From an uncultured Candidatus Saccharibacteria bacterium (GTDB lineage: Bacteria; Patescibacteriota; Saccharimonadia; Saccharimonadales; CAYZZS01), in contig CAYZZS010000001.1 of assembly GCA_964483035.1 (NCBI GenBank), positions 6,979 to 70,978 on the forward strand: a stretch of 64,000 bases of DNA. Reading direction: 5' to 3'. The notes beneath the pieces are model-generated. The model was not told where the DNA came from, did no database searches, and saw nothing but the letters and a program-made list of their open reading frames with translations. The position numbers were made by a program, and so were the translations under genes. Below are positions 26,977-36,524 of the stretch, one piece after another. The first letter of the stretch is position 1. Each line of letters begins with the position of its first letter.

Positions 26977-27270
26977 ATGACGAAAATAACGAAAGAAGAT
27001 GTCTTGAAGCTGGCTAGGCTTGCTAAGCTGCAATTGACCGACGAAGAGATTGAGCAATTTTCTAAAGAGTTTACTGAGATCCTGAACTATGTTCAGCAGC
27101 TGCAATCGGTAAAGACCGATGATCTTGAGCCGACTTATCAGGTGACCGGACTAAAGAATGTCACGCGCAAGGACGTGGTTAAGGATTACGGAGTAAGCAG
27201 GGCGGAGCTGCTCAAAAACGTACCACAAACAGAAGACGGCTTTATCAAGGTAAGACGGATGTTGGCGTAA
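26977..27270 (+). CDS. gatC: Asp/Glu-tRNA(Asn/Gln) amidotransferase subunit C
   Basis: 97 aa, VLKLARLAKLQLTDEEIEQFSKEFTEILNYV, typical GatC. Confidence 0.9.
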   Translation: MTKITKEDVLKLARLAKLQLTDEEIEQFSKEFTEILNYVQQLQSVKTDDLEPTYQVTGLKNVTRKDVVKDYGVSRAELLKNVPQTEDGFIKVRRMLA

Positions 27271-27291
27271 GCCAGGACAGAGCATAAGGGA

Positions 27292-28722
27292 ATGGTAATG
27301 AGCAGTTGGAAGTCAATCGAAGCTATTTCAGGTGATGTGCACTCAGGCAAGGTGAGTGCGCGCGACTTGGTTGAGCGGTCGCTGTCTATCATCGAAGAAA
27401 AGAAAGAATACGACGCCATCATTGCTTCTACGGCTGAGCGGGCTCGGGAGCGGGCCAAGTTGATTGATCAGAAAGTAGCCGCCGGTGAAGCTGTCGGTCG
27501 ACTGGCTGGTGTGCCATTTATAGCTAAGGATAACTTTTTAACATTTGGCAGTGAAACGACGGCGGCCAGCAATATGTTAAAAGGATTTAAAGCGCCATAT
27601 CAGGCTACGGCAATTGAGCGGCTCGAGGCAGAAGGTGCGATTTGTGTCGCAAAAGCAAACCTTGACGCTTTCGCGCACGGATCCAGTACAGAGAATAGTG
27701 ATTTTATGGTTACTAAAAATCCCCATGACAAAACCCGGGTTCCGGGCGGGAGTAGTGGCGGCTCAGCTGCAGCAGTAGTGCTCGATATGGCGCCGTTTGC
27801 ACTTGGTACTGATACTGGCGGTTCGATCCGACTTCCAGCTAGTTTTTGCGGCGCGGTTGGTCTAAAGCCAACATATGGCTTGGTGTCCCGTTCGGGTGTC
27901 GTGGCCATGGCCAGCAGCACGGACGTTATTGGGCCAGTTGCACGGACAGTTGACGACGCTGCGTTAGTGCTGGATGTTCTTGCTGGTAAAGATAACTTGG
28001 ATTCCACCACGATTGAGCGTGATGAGTCAGCATATGCCCCACTGGGTTCATCAGGACTCAAACAAGCCAAAGTCGGAGTTATTAAAGAATATATGGCTGA
28101 CGGTGTCGACCCGGGGGTAAAGGCGGCTATAGCCAAGGCGATTAATAAGCTGCAGGGGGCGGGTATCGAGGTCATAGAGGTTAGTTTGCCATCTCTTCCT
28201 CTGGCGCTCGCGGTATATTACATTGTTTGTCCGGCTGAAGTAAGTAGTAATCTGAGCCGCTACGATGGTCAGCGCTATGGATATAGTGCAGACAATGCTA
28301 ATGATCTGGAGACGAGCTATAGCTTGTCACGCTCTATCGGCTTTGGCACGGAAGCGAAGCGACGAATTATGATTGGCACCTATGTCTTAAGTAGCGGGTA
28401 TTACGACGCATATTATAAGAAAGCTCAGACTGTCAGGACCAAGCTGATTCGGGAGTTTGAACAGGCGTTTAAGGATGTCGATTATTTGCTGGGACCAACG
28501 TCACCATCAGTTGCTTTTAAGATTGGCGAAAATATAGATGACCCGCTTCGCATGTACCTTACAGATATTATGACTGTAGCAGCCAGTCTGACCGGCATAC
28601 CTGCTATCAGTATTCCTGCTGGCCAGAGTGAGCAGATGCCTGTAGGGTTACAGATAATGGCGCCGCAGCGCGAGGATCGTCAACTATTACGATTCGCCAA
28701 AGCTGTAGAGGAGGTATTGTGA
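27292..28722 (+). CDS. gatA: Asp/Glu-tRNA(Asn/Gln) amidotransferase subunit A
   Basis: Amidase signature GGSSGGSAAAV and GTDTGGSIRLPASFCG. Confidence 0.93.
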   Translation: MVMSSWKSIEAISGDVHSGKVSARDLVERSLSIIEEKKEYDAIIASTAERARERAKLIDQKVAAGEAVGRLAGVPFIAKDNFLTFGSETTAASNMLKGFKAPYQATAIERLEAEGAICVAKANLDAFAHGSSTENSDFMVTKNPHDKTRVPGGSSGGSAAAVVLDMAPFALGTDTGGSIRLPASFCGAVGLKPTYGLVSRSGVVAMASSTDVIGPVARTVDDAALVLDVLAGKDNLDSTTIERDESAYAPLGSSGLKQAKVGVIKEYMADGVDPGVKAAIAKAINKLQGAGIEVIEVSLPSLPLALAVYYIVCPAEVSSNLSRYDGQRYGYSADNANDLETSYSLSRSIGFGTEAKRRIMIGTYVLSSGYYDAYYKKAQTVRTKLIREFEQAFKDVDYLLGPTSPSVAFKIGENIDDPLRMYLTDIMTVAASLTGIPAISIPAGQSEQMPVGLQIMAPQREDRQLLRFAKAVEEVL

Positions 28723-29132
28723 TGGGTTTTGAGTATTTAGCCCTAGGTATTGGTGGTGGTTTTCTTCTTTTGCTAATTAGTGTAATTGTGCACATTAAGC
28801 GCCCCAAAAAGCTAAAGGTTCCGCGATTCACCGCCGAGTGGCGCGAGCTACAGGCCTTGTGTGCCGATAAGGCGACGTGGCCGGATGCAGTCATTGCAGC
28901 TGATGACTTGCTGGATAAGGCGCTCAAGCGTCGTCGATTCAAAGGCAAGTCCATGGGTGAGCGCATGGTGGCGGCTCAGAAGGTGTTTTCTGATAATGAT
29001 GCGGTATGGTTTGGGCATAACCTTGCAAAGCGGATAAAGGAGAAGTCTGTAAGTCGTCTAAAAGAGAAAGATGTTAAAAACGCACTTATCGGCATACGGC
29101 AGGCACTGAAGGACCTGGGGGCACTGCAGTGA
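28719..29132 (+). CDS. Hypothetical single-pass membrane protein inserted between gatA and gatB
   Basis: N-terminal TM helix plus a basic helical domain. GAGGAGG lies 7 nt before the ATG at 28722 (the GTG at 28719 is an alternative). It overlaps the gatA stop and the gatB start. Confidence 0.6.
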   Translation: MMGFEYLALGIGGGFLLLLISVIVHIKRPKKLKVPRFTAEWRELQALCADKATWPDAVIAADDLLDKALKRRRFKGKSMGERMVAAQKVFSDNDAVWFGHNLAKRIKEKSVSRLKEKDVKNALIGIRQALKDLGALQ

Positions 29133-30610
29133 TAAGCAGGGAGTTGCGCGACCAGTATACCGCTACAATCGGAATCGAGTGCCATGTGCAGCTCAATACG
29201 GCTACCAAGCTGTTTGCGGCAGTTGGTAATGATGCTCGAGATGCCGAGCCAAACACGCTAGTTAGTCATATTTGCTTCGGAATGCCTGGCGCGCTGCCGG
29301 TACTCAATGATGAGGTGGTCCACCGGGCAATGAAGGTCGCTTTTGCGCTCAATACCGAGCCGCAGCGAGTTAGTTATTTTGAGCGAAAACACTACTTCTA
29401 TCCTGATCTGCCGAAGGGTTATCAGATCACGCAGCTGTCAAAGCCGATTATTATTGGTGGTTCGGTGCTGATTGAGGTCGGTGACGAGCGAAGGGCGATT
29501 CGAATTAACCGGGTTCAGATAGAAGAGGACGCCGGAAAAAGCTCGCATCCTGAAGGCAAAGACTACAGCCTGGTTGATTTAAATCGTGCCGGCACGCCGC
29601 TGCTCGAGATTGTATCCGAACCGGACATTCATAGTGCTGAGGAGGCGAAGGCCTATGCTAGGGAGCTGTATTTGCTGATGCGCTACACCAATGTCTCGGA
29701 TGCTGACATGTTTCACGGGAACATGCGTTTCGATGTTAATGTTAGTGTGAGTAAGGACCAAAGCAGGCTTGGCACGCGCACCGAAACTAAGAATCTTAAT
29801 TCATTCCGAAGTATTGAAAAGGCCGTAGAATTCGAGATTAACCGGCAAATTGAGCTGCTCGAGAAGGGCAAGTCAATCATTCAAGAGACGAGAGGCTGGG
29901 ACGAGGCTAAGCAGAAAACATTTTCACAGCGAGGCAAGGAGGAGGCGCATGATTATCGATACTTCCCCGATCCGGATTTACCGCCCGTTGAGCTCGACGA
30001 GAGCAAGATTAATAAGGTTGCCGAGGAGATGCCGGTATTGCCAATGCAGTGGCGGGATCGGTTAAAGCATCTTGGGCTTGATAGTAGCCAGATCAATACA
30101 CTACTCGAGGCCGAGATTGAGGCTGCCGGAGTGAGTCACCTGGGAATTCTAGAGGAGCTCTCATCTAAAGTTGATGAAGCAAAGGCGGTGGCTAATTTGC
30201 TAGTAAACGTGGAAATTCCGCTGCGCCGTGAGGCGAAAGTAGAAAATGATATGAACAATGATGTACGAACGGCATTCTACCGCGAAATTTACCGGCTCCA
30301 GCAGGAGGGTAAATTGAGCTCCACCAATGCAAAGGCATTGCTAACGGGTGTACTCACAAGCGGCGCGCAGCCAAAGGATATAGAGAAGTACGCTACCGAG
30401 CAGGGCTACATCCAAGTTTCCGATGAAAAAGAAATAGCTGCTATCGTAGACAAGGTGATATCCGATAATCCGAAAGCTGCTGAAGATGTGAAAAATGGCG
30501 AAATGAAAGCGATTGGCTTCTTGGTCGGTCAGGTCATGAAAGCTAGTCAGGGTAAAGCCAATCCCGGTCTCACTCAGCAGCTTATACGGCAGCGCCTAGG
30601 GGTGGGATGA
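29129..30610 (+). CDS. gatB: Asp/Glu-tRNA(Asn/Gln) amidotransferase subunit B
   Basis: IGIECHVQLNT, YFYPDLPKGYQITQ, C-terminal YqeY-like tail. GTG start in a GTGA overlap. Confidence 0.93.
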   Translation: MISRELRDQYTATIGIECHVQLNTATKLFAAVGNDARDAEPNTLVSHICFGMPGALPVLNDEVVHRAMKVAFALNTEPQRVSYFERKHYFYPDLPKGYQITQLSKPIIIGGSVLIEVGDERRAIRINRVQIEEDAGKSSHPEGKDYSLVDLNRAGTPLLEIVSEPDIHSAEEAKAYARELYLLMRYTNVSDADMFHGNMRFDVNVSVSKDQSRLGTRTETKNLNSFRSIEKAVEFEINRQIELLEKGKSIIQETRGWDEAKQKTFSQRGKEEAHDYRYFPDPDLPPVELDESKINKVAEEMPVLPMQWRDRLKHLGLDSSQINTLLEAEIEAAGVSHLGILEELSSKVDEAKAVANLLVNVEIPLRREAKVENDMNNDVRTAFYREIYRLQQEGKLSSTNAKALLTGVLTSGAQPKDIEKYATEQGYIQVSDEKEIAAIVDKVISDNPKAAEDVKNGEMKAIGFLVGQVMKASQGKANPGLTQQLIRQRLGVG

Positions 30611-30924
30611 GCAGCGGCGAGCGAGGCCGAGATTACGGTAGGCAGTATGGGCAGTCGCACCCCGCGCTGAAGGTATTAGCTGCAGCTGCAGTTGTCGTTG
30701 GGTCGGCTAAGATGGCTCTTGACGCGTCCGATGCCTATAGGGCATTCAGGGAGTCTATAGCAAGTTTCTCGTATGGTGTGACTGCTGATGGACAGGAGAC
30801 GGTGGATGCTATTGGCGATGTGTCAATCGATGCGGCAATTATTCTGGGCGGCATAGCTGTTGGTAGTAGGGCGTATTCTCAGAATGATATCATCCGGCGC
30901 AAGGAACAGAAGGAGGAGGTGTGA
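30607..30924 (+). CDS. Hypothetical small membrane protein
   Basis: 105 aa with two hydrophobic segments. ATGA overlap with gatB and GTGA overlap with galU. Confidence 0.5.
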   Translation: MSSGERGRDYGRQYGQSHPALKVLAAAAVVVGSAKMALDASDAYRAFRESIASFSYGVTADGQETVDAIGDVSIDAAIILGGIAVGSRAYSQNDIIRRKEQKEEV

Positions 30925-31817
30925 GTCAACAAAAAGTAAGAAAGGCAGTGATAGCGGCGGCAGGCTTTGGAACGAGATTTTTACCGCAAACCAAAGCTAT
31001 GCCCAAGGAGATGTTACCGCTTGTTGACAAGCCGATCATTCAGTATGTCGTCGAAGAGCTGGTCGGTGCTGGTATCGAGGATATCGTTATCGTTACTGGC
31101 TATCACAAGCGGTCAATTGAGGATCATTTTGATGGATTGAGCGCAGACCTGGCTGGGAATTTACTCGATGCTGGGAAGAAGGAGTTGTACGAGGAGACGA
31201 AAAAGGTTTCTGAGATGGCAAACTTCGCATACATCCGACAAAAAGGACCATACGGGAATGGTATGCCAATTCTCAATGCCGAGCATCTCATTGGTCGTGA
31301 GCCGTTCATATATGCCTTTGCCGATGACTTCGTAAAAGCCGAACCGAGCAGATTCCGGCAGCTATGCGACACATATGAGCAGCGGCAGGGCTGTGTATTA
31401 ACTTGTGTGCGAGCCAAAGATAACAAGGATTATGAACGATACGGCTTTGTTGGAGGTAAGGAGGTTGAAGAAGGCATCGTCGACGTCAAGCAGATTATTG
31501 AAAAGCCCGGCAGTCCCGAGGCTTCTCCGTCTGATCTTGCATCGGTGAGCGGTTACATTTTTCAGCCAGAAATTTTTGATTACCTCCATAAGGAGTTGCC
31601 GAATTTACGTGAAGGCGAAGAGTTTACGCTTCAGGTGGCGCTACAAAAAATGATTGACGACGGCCTGAAGGTCTATGGGTGTGAAGTGCGCGGCGGAACA
31701 TTCTATGACACCGGCAACAAACTAGAGTACATAAAGACTGTCGTGGCGTTTGCGCTTGAGCACGAAGATATCAAAGATGAGTTCAGAGAGTATTTGCGCC
31801 AGATCAATACTCAATAG
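30921..31817 (+). CDS. galU: UTP--glucose-1-phosphate uridylyltransferase
   Basis: KAVIAAAGFGTRFLPQTKAMPKEMLPLVDKP N-terminal signature. AGGAGGAGG SD. Confidence 0.9.
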   Translation: MSQQKVRKAVIAAAGFGTRFLPQTKAMPKEMLPLVDKPIIQYVVEELVGAGIEDIVIVTGYHKRSIEDHFDGLSADLAGNLLDAGKKELYEETKKVSEMANFAYIRQKGPYGNGMPILNAEHLIGREPFIYAFADDFVKAEPSRFRQLCDTYEQRQGCVLTCVRAKDNKDYERYGFVGGKEVEEGIVDVKQIIEKPGSPEASPSDLASVSGYIFQPEIFDYLHKELPNLREGEEFTLQVALQKMIDDGLKVYGCEVRGGTFYDTGNKLEYIKTVVAFALEHEDIKDEFREYLRQINTQ

Positions 31818-31829
31818 CTTTAAAGTTGA

Positions 31830-31843
31830 ATACAGTACTGTAT
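31830..31843. repeat. Perfect 14-bp palindrome ATACAGTACTGTAT overlapping the -10 box of the next gene
   Basis: Self-complementary over all 14 nt. It overlaps TATACT (31841-46), which lies 7 nt before the ATG at 31854. Confidence 0.5.
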
Positions 31844-31846
31844 ACT
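31841..31846 (+). promoter_or_regulatory. -10-like hexamer TATACT 7 nt upstream of ATG (leaderless type)
   Basis: TATACT-tatctct-ATG, no SD. Confidence 0.4.
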
Positions 31847-31853
31847 TATCTCT

Positions 31854-32114
31854 ATGGATAATGCTGAGCAGCTGCTGGTAATCATACTCGCCTCCGTACT
31901 GACAGTATTCCTGCTGCTGGCAATCGTTGCCCTTATTAAAGTCATCCAGGTATTGAGTCATCTTAAGCGCATCACTGAAAAGGCCGAGCGGCTAACCGAT
32001 ACGGCTGAGGCGGTCGGAGAGTTTTTTAGTAAAACTGCTGGTCCGGTCGCTTTAGGAAAGCTGATTGCTAATATCACTGACACGGTCTTTAAGAGAAATC
32101 AATCTAAGAAGTAA
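31854..32114 (+). CDS. Small membrane protein, DUF948-like
   Basis: N-terminal TM helix followed by an amphipathic helical region. The layout resembles DUF948 proteins, which often sit next to YtxH. Confidence 0.5.
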   Translation: MDNAEQLLVIILASVLTVFLLLAIVALIKVIQVLSHLKRITEKAERLTDTAEAVGEFFSKTAGPVALGKLIANITDTVFKRNQSKK

Positions 32115-32126
32115 GGAGGCTTGCAC

Positions 32127-32528
32127 ATGGGGAAGAATACCGGAAAGTTTGCGATCGGCGCATTGGTGGCTGGAGCGGTCGGCTATGTAGCCGGCATCCT
32201 TACAGCGCCCAAAAGCGGCAAAGAAACGAGAAAAGATATTCATGACGCTGCCGTAAAGGCCAAGACAGAAGCTGAGAAAAAGCTGAAAGAGCTCCACAGT
32301 GAACTGAGTAAGCTGATTGACAAGGGTGCAAAAGAGGTTCAGACACTGAAGGAAAAGGCTAAAAAGGAGCTCGACGGTGCACTTAAAAAGGCAGGCGAAA
32401 GCCGGCAGAAGGCTCGTGAAGTATTGAGCGCAGTGCGTGACGGCCAGGCAGATGATCGCGATCTGCAAAAAGCGATCGAAGATGTCCGTAAGTCTATCGA
32501 CCACCTAAACGCATATCTTAAGAAGTGA
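32127..32528 (+). CDS. YtxH domain-containing protein
   Basis: GALVAGAVGYVAGILTAPKSGKETRKD is the YtxH signature. The ATG at 32127 lies 7 nt after AAGGAGG (the ORF-track TTG at 32121 is less likely). Confidence 0.75.
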   Translation: MGKNTGKFAIGALVAGAVGYVAGILTAPKSGKETRKDIHDAAVKAKTEAEKKLKELHSELSKLIDKGAKEVQTLKEKAKKELDGALKKAGESRQKAREVLSAVRDGQADDRDLQKAIEDVRKSIDHLNAYLKK

Positions 32529-32800
32529 TGGCCACAAAGCAGACGTCTGAGCCGAATGAGAAAGACTACCAGTATTTGGGAAAGATGCTGGTAAATATTT
32601 ACGAAAGCGGATATCTCAATAAAGCCCAGTTTTATAAAATGAACTTTATAAAAGGCCTGCTCACAGGATTCGGAAGCGTGCTGGGTGCAACTATTGTGGT
32701 CGGTTTGGTTTTGTGGATCCTGACACTTTTCGATCAAGTGCCCATTATCGGACCATTCCTAGAGAATCTCAGGTCCAGTATTCAAGAGAGCGGAATGTAA
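32525..32800 (+). CDS. Small membrane protein (DUF5665-like)
   Basis: 91 aa, with YKMNFIKGLLTGFGSVLGATIVVGLVLWIL. ATGA overlap with the ytxH-like gene. Confidence 0.5.
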   Translation: MMATKQTSEPNEKDYQYLGKMLVNIYESGYLNKAQFYKMNFIKGLLTGFGSVLGATIVVGLVLWILTLFDQVPIIGPFLENLRSSIQESGM

Positions 32801-32826
32801 TTGTTGTAATAAGTGGGAGACGGGGT

Positions 32827-32849
32827 AATCGGGCAGGCCGATTTGTTTA
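32827..32849 (+). terminator. Weak intrinsic terminator
   Basis: AATCGG-gcagg-CCGATT followed by TGTTTAT. Confidence 0.4.
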
Positions 32850-32884
32850 TAATATATACATAAGCACAGGAGAGCTTCTGTTCC

Positions 32885-35800
32885 ATGAGTAGGAAAGACT
32901 CGCAGCCAACAGCGAGTGACTATGTGCACTTGCATAACCATACCCAGTACAGTTTGCTTGACGGGCTGACTAAGCTGCCGCAACTGTTGGATTTTGTATC
33001 CGCTTCGGGTATGAAGGCTGTCGCTATGACCGATCATGGTACGCTGTCAGGAGCCATTGACTTTTATAAGGAGTGCAAGGCGCGCGACATAAAGCCCATT
33101 ATCGGAATTGAAACGTACGTCGCAGCACGCAAACACACCGACAAGGATCCACAGAAAGACAAACAGCGCTATCACCTGATTCTGCTAGCCATGAACAATA
33201 CTGGTTATCAGAACATTATGCGCCTATCCACCATTGCTAATCTGGACGGATATTACTACTATCCGCGAGTAGACCGTGAACTGCTGGAGAAGTATAGCGA
33301 AGGTGTTATTGCACTGAGCGCATGTATGGGTGGAGAGCTTGGTTCGGCACTCAAGGACGGTGACATGGAGAAGGCGGAGTCTATTGCTGCGTGGTATAAG
33401 TCCGTCTTTGGAGATAGGTATTATTTAGAGATTCAGGATCATGGCCATCCTGACAACCCGATTCCAAACGCAGAGCAGCAGGCAATAAACGAGCAAGTAC
33501 TAGAAATCGGAAAGAAGCTTTCAATTCCGGCAGTGGTCACCTGTGATGCCCACTACCTGACGCATGATGATCAGGAGGCGCATGAGGTGCTGCTCTGCGT
33601 AGGTACCGGATCCTATTTGTCGGACACGAATCGAATGACGCTGAAGGATTTTCCTTTGCATGTCACAGAGCCGGGCGAGATTATTGAACGGTGGGGAAGG
33701 TCACATCCAGAGGTGATCACTAACACCAAAGCTATTGCCGATCGTTGCAATGTTGAGCTGGATTTAGGGAAGATATTGATTCCAAAGTTTCCGGTTCCAG
33801 AAAATGAGACAGAGAAAACCTACCTACATTCGTTGGTGTATCAAGGGTTGGCATTTAGGTATGGGGGTGTAGATGAAGAGCAGGCCCGAGAGCTAAGTGT
33901 CGAGGAGGCGAAGGCCTCATTACCAACTCCTATCCGGGAGCGGGCGGAGTATGAGTTAGGCGTTATTGATTCCATGGGCTTTAATGGCTACTTCCTGATT
34001 ATCTGGGATTTTATCAAATGGGGGAAAGATAATGAGATTGTATTTGGCCCGGGAAGAGGATCGGCGGCCGGTTCAATTATCGCCTACGCGCTTAGGATTA
34101 CTGAGCTTGATCCTATCAAGTACGATTTGCTGTTTGAGCGTTTCCTGAACCCGGATCGAATATCAATGCCTGATATTGACATCGATATACAGGATACACG
34201 CCGGGATGAAGTCATCCAGTATTGTGTAGAAAAGTACGGTAGTGATCGGGTTGCAAACATTGTAACCTTTGGACGAATGGCAGCTCGTGCAGCGGTCCGT
34301 GATGTGGCGCGGGTGCTGCAGGTGCCATACGCGGAGGCTGACAAGCTCGCAAAAATGATTCCACCGCCAATCCAGGGCCGACATATTCCGCTCGAAACTT
34401 CACTCCAGGATGATATGGACCTGAAGCGTGAGTACGAAAGTAATCCAACCGCAAAGCAGGTCTTCGATATGGCGATCCGGCTGGAGGGAACTATTCGGAG
34501 TCATGGCGTTCATGCAGCCGGTGTGGTTATTGCACCGGATGATATCGTCAAATTCGCCCCCCTGGAAATGGCTCAGAAAGGTGTCGTAACGACGCAATAT
34601 TCGATGAGCCCCATTGAAGAGCTCGGGCTGCTGAAGATGGATTTCTTAGGTCTGTCAAACTTGACGATCATAAGAAACGCTCTGCGCATCATCAAGAAGG
34701 TATACAAGAAGGATATTGATATCAGTACCATACCGCTGGATGACCAGAAGACGTTCGAATTGTTCCAGCGAGGTGATACCACAGGTGTTTTTCAGCTGGA
34801 ATCTGCCGGCATGAAACGCTATCTAAAGGACCTGAAGCCGACGGTATTTGAAGACATTGTAGCGATGGTGGCTCTCTATCGCCCGGGGCCGATGCAGTTT
34901 ATTGACGATTTCATTGGCCGTAAGCACGGACTGCGCGAAATTACCTATCCGCACCCTAGCATGGAGTCGGCATTGAAAAACACCTATGGGGTATTGGTGT
35001 ATCAGGAGCAGGTGATGCAGATCAGTAAAGAGGTCTGTGGCTTTACCGGCGGTGAGGCTGATACGCTCAGAAAAGCAATCGGCAAAAAGAATGCTGAGTT
35101 GATGGCCAAAATGCGCGATAAGATGATCGAGGGCGGCCACAAGCATAGCGGAATTGATCGGCCAATTATGGAGAAGTTCTGGAAGCAGCTGGAGGACTTT
35201 GCCGCCTACTGCTTTAACAAGTCGCATGCAGCATGCTATGGGTTAATTGCATATCAAACTGCATACTTAAAGGCGCACTATCCATCGGCCTTCATGGCGG
35301 CGCTTATGACCAGCGACTTTGATGATATTGACCGGCTGGCAATCGAGATAAGCGAATGTAAGCATATGGGTATCGATGTATTGCCGCCAGATGTCAATGA
35401 ATCGTTCGTAGAGTTCGCGGTGGTTCCGAAGACGGATCAGGTCCGTTTTGGTATGGCTGCAATCAAGAACGTTGGCACCGGAGCTGTTGAGGAGATATTG
35501 CGCGCCCGCAAAGAAAACGGTCCGTTTGATAGCCTTGAATCTTTTCTTAGCAAGGTAAATTGCCGGATCGTAAACCGTAAAGCATTAGAAAGTCTTATAA
35601 AATCAGGTGCGTTTGATCGCTTCGGTAAGCGAAGCGTGCTAATAGAGAACCTGGACACTATGCTGGCATATGCTAACCGCGTTCAAAAGGAAATGAATAG
35701 TGGTCAGACTGACTTATTCGGCTCTCTGGTTGATCAGGCTATGCAGCTTGCGCCGAAGTTACAGCTCAATGAATCAGTGTCCGAGATTCCGCTTCGCGAA

Positions 35801-36520
35801 CAATTAGGTTGGGAGCGAGAGTTGCTAGGCATTTACCTGTCGCAGCATCCGCTCCAGGCGTTTGAGACGATACTTTCTGAGCAGACCATGCCACTTTCCG
35901 AAATTAAGCCGAGCTTGGATGGCAGGGCTGTGACGGTTGGTGGCGCAGTAGCTGAGATGCGCGAAATCATAACCCGTAACGGCCAGAAGATGGCTTTCGT
36001 TAAATTAACGGATAGCATGATTGATGTGGAATTGATTCTGTTTCCAAGCGTCTATCAGCAGACAGTAGGCATCTGGGAGCGTGATAGGGTTGTCCTCGTG
36101 AAGGGTAGGGTCAATTCGCGTGATCGCGAGGGGAATCAGAGTCAAGAGGCGAAAGTTGTGGTGAGCGATGCGCGGGAGATTACCCCTGAGCAAGCTGCAG
36201 CTTATCAGCCTACCGGCAAAAAGCCAAAGGTTCCCTTGAGGGGCAAGACGGTTGCACAAAGTGTTACACAGACGCCAAAAATTTCCAGCAATGCACCGAG
36301 GCGAGTGTATATTCGCTTGTCGGATGGCAGTGATCAGCAAACACTTCTGTCGCTAAAGGATGTCATTGTGGCTAACAGCGGGTCGACCGAGGTGGTGTTA
36401 GTGATGGGCCGGGCGGAGAGAAAGCAGATTATTAAGCTACCGATGAAGGTGAATGGCACCGACGATGCTGTCGGCAAGCTGGAGCAGCTGGTCGGAGCTA
36501 GCAATGTTCGTATCCAATAG
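32885..36520 (+). CDS. dnaE: DNA polymerase III alpha subunit
   Basis: N-terminal PHP domain (HLHNHTQYSLLDG), polymerase core (PDIDIDI), OB fold. 1211 aa. Confidence 0.95.
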   Translation: MSRKDSQPTASDYVHLHNHTQYSLLDGLTKLPQLLDFVSASGMKAVAMTDHGTLSGAIDFYKECKARDIKPIIGIETYVAARKHTDKDPQKDKQRYHLILLAMNNTGYQNIMRLSTIANLDGYYYYPRVDRELLEKYSEGVIALSACMGGELGSALKDGDMEKAESIAAWYKSVFGDRYYLEIQDHGHPDNPIPNAEQQAINEQVLEIGKKLSIPAVVTCDAHYLTHDDQEAHEVLLCVGTGSYLSDTNRMTLKDFPLHVTEPGEIIERWGRSHPEVITNTKAIADRCNVELDLGKILIPKFPVPENETEKTYLHSLVYQGLAFRYGGVDEEQARELSVEEAKASLPTPIRERAEYELGVIDSMGFNGYFLIIWDFIKWGKDNEIVFGPGRGSAAGSIIAYALRITELDPIKYDLLFERFLNPDRISMPDIDIDIQDTRRDEVIQYCVEKYGSDRVANIVTFGRMAARAAVRDVARVLQVPYAEADKLAKMIPPPIQGRHIPLETSLQDDMDLKREYESNPTAKQVFDMAIRLEGTIRSHGVHAAGVVIAPDDIVKFAPLEMAQKGVVTTQYSMSPIEELGLLKMDFLGLSNLTIIRNALRIIKKVYKKDIDISTIPLDDQKTFELFQRGDTTGVFQLESAGMKRYLKDLKPTVFEDIVAMVALYRPGPMQFIDDFIGRKHGLREITYPHPSMESALKNTYGVLVYQEQVMQISKEVCGFTGGEADTLRKAIGKKNAELMAKMRDKMIEGGHKHSGIDRPIMEKFWKQLEDFAAYCFNKSHAACYGLIAYQTAYLKAHYPSAFMAALMTSDFDDIDRLAIEISECKHMGIDVLPPDVNESFVEFAVVPKTDQVRFGMAAIKNVGTGAVEEILRARKENGPFDSLESFLSKVNCRIVNRKALESLIKSGAFDRFGKRSVLIENLDTMLAYANRVQKEMNSGQTDLFGSLVDQAMQLAPKLQLNESVSEIPLREQLGWERELLGIYLSQHPLQAFETILSEQTMPLSEIKPSLDGRAVTVGGAVAEMREIITRNGQKMAFVKLTDSMIDVELILFPSVYQQTVGIWERDRVVLVKGRVNSRDREGNQSQEAKVVVSDAREITPEQAAAYQPTGKKPKVPLRGKTVAQSVTQTPKISSNAPRRVYIRLSDGSDQQTLLSLKDVIVANSGSTEVVLVMGRAERKQIIKLPMKVNGTDDAVGKLEQLVGASNVRIQ

Positions 36521-36524
36521 TTCG

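Noticed and set aside
31830-31843. LexA/SOS box interpretation of the ATACAGTACTGTAT palindrome.
   Set aside because: The half-sites are arranged ACAG-N2-CTGT rather than CTGT-N8-ACAG (E. coli type) or GAAC-N4-GTTC (Gram-positive type). The nearby repair genes (uvrB, recG, radA, dnaE) show no similar site in their upstream regions.
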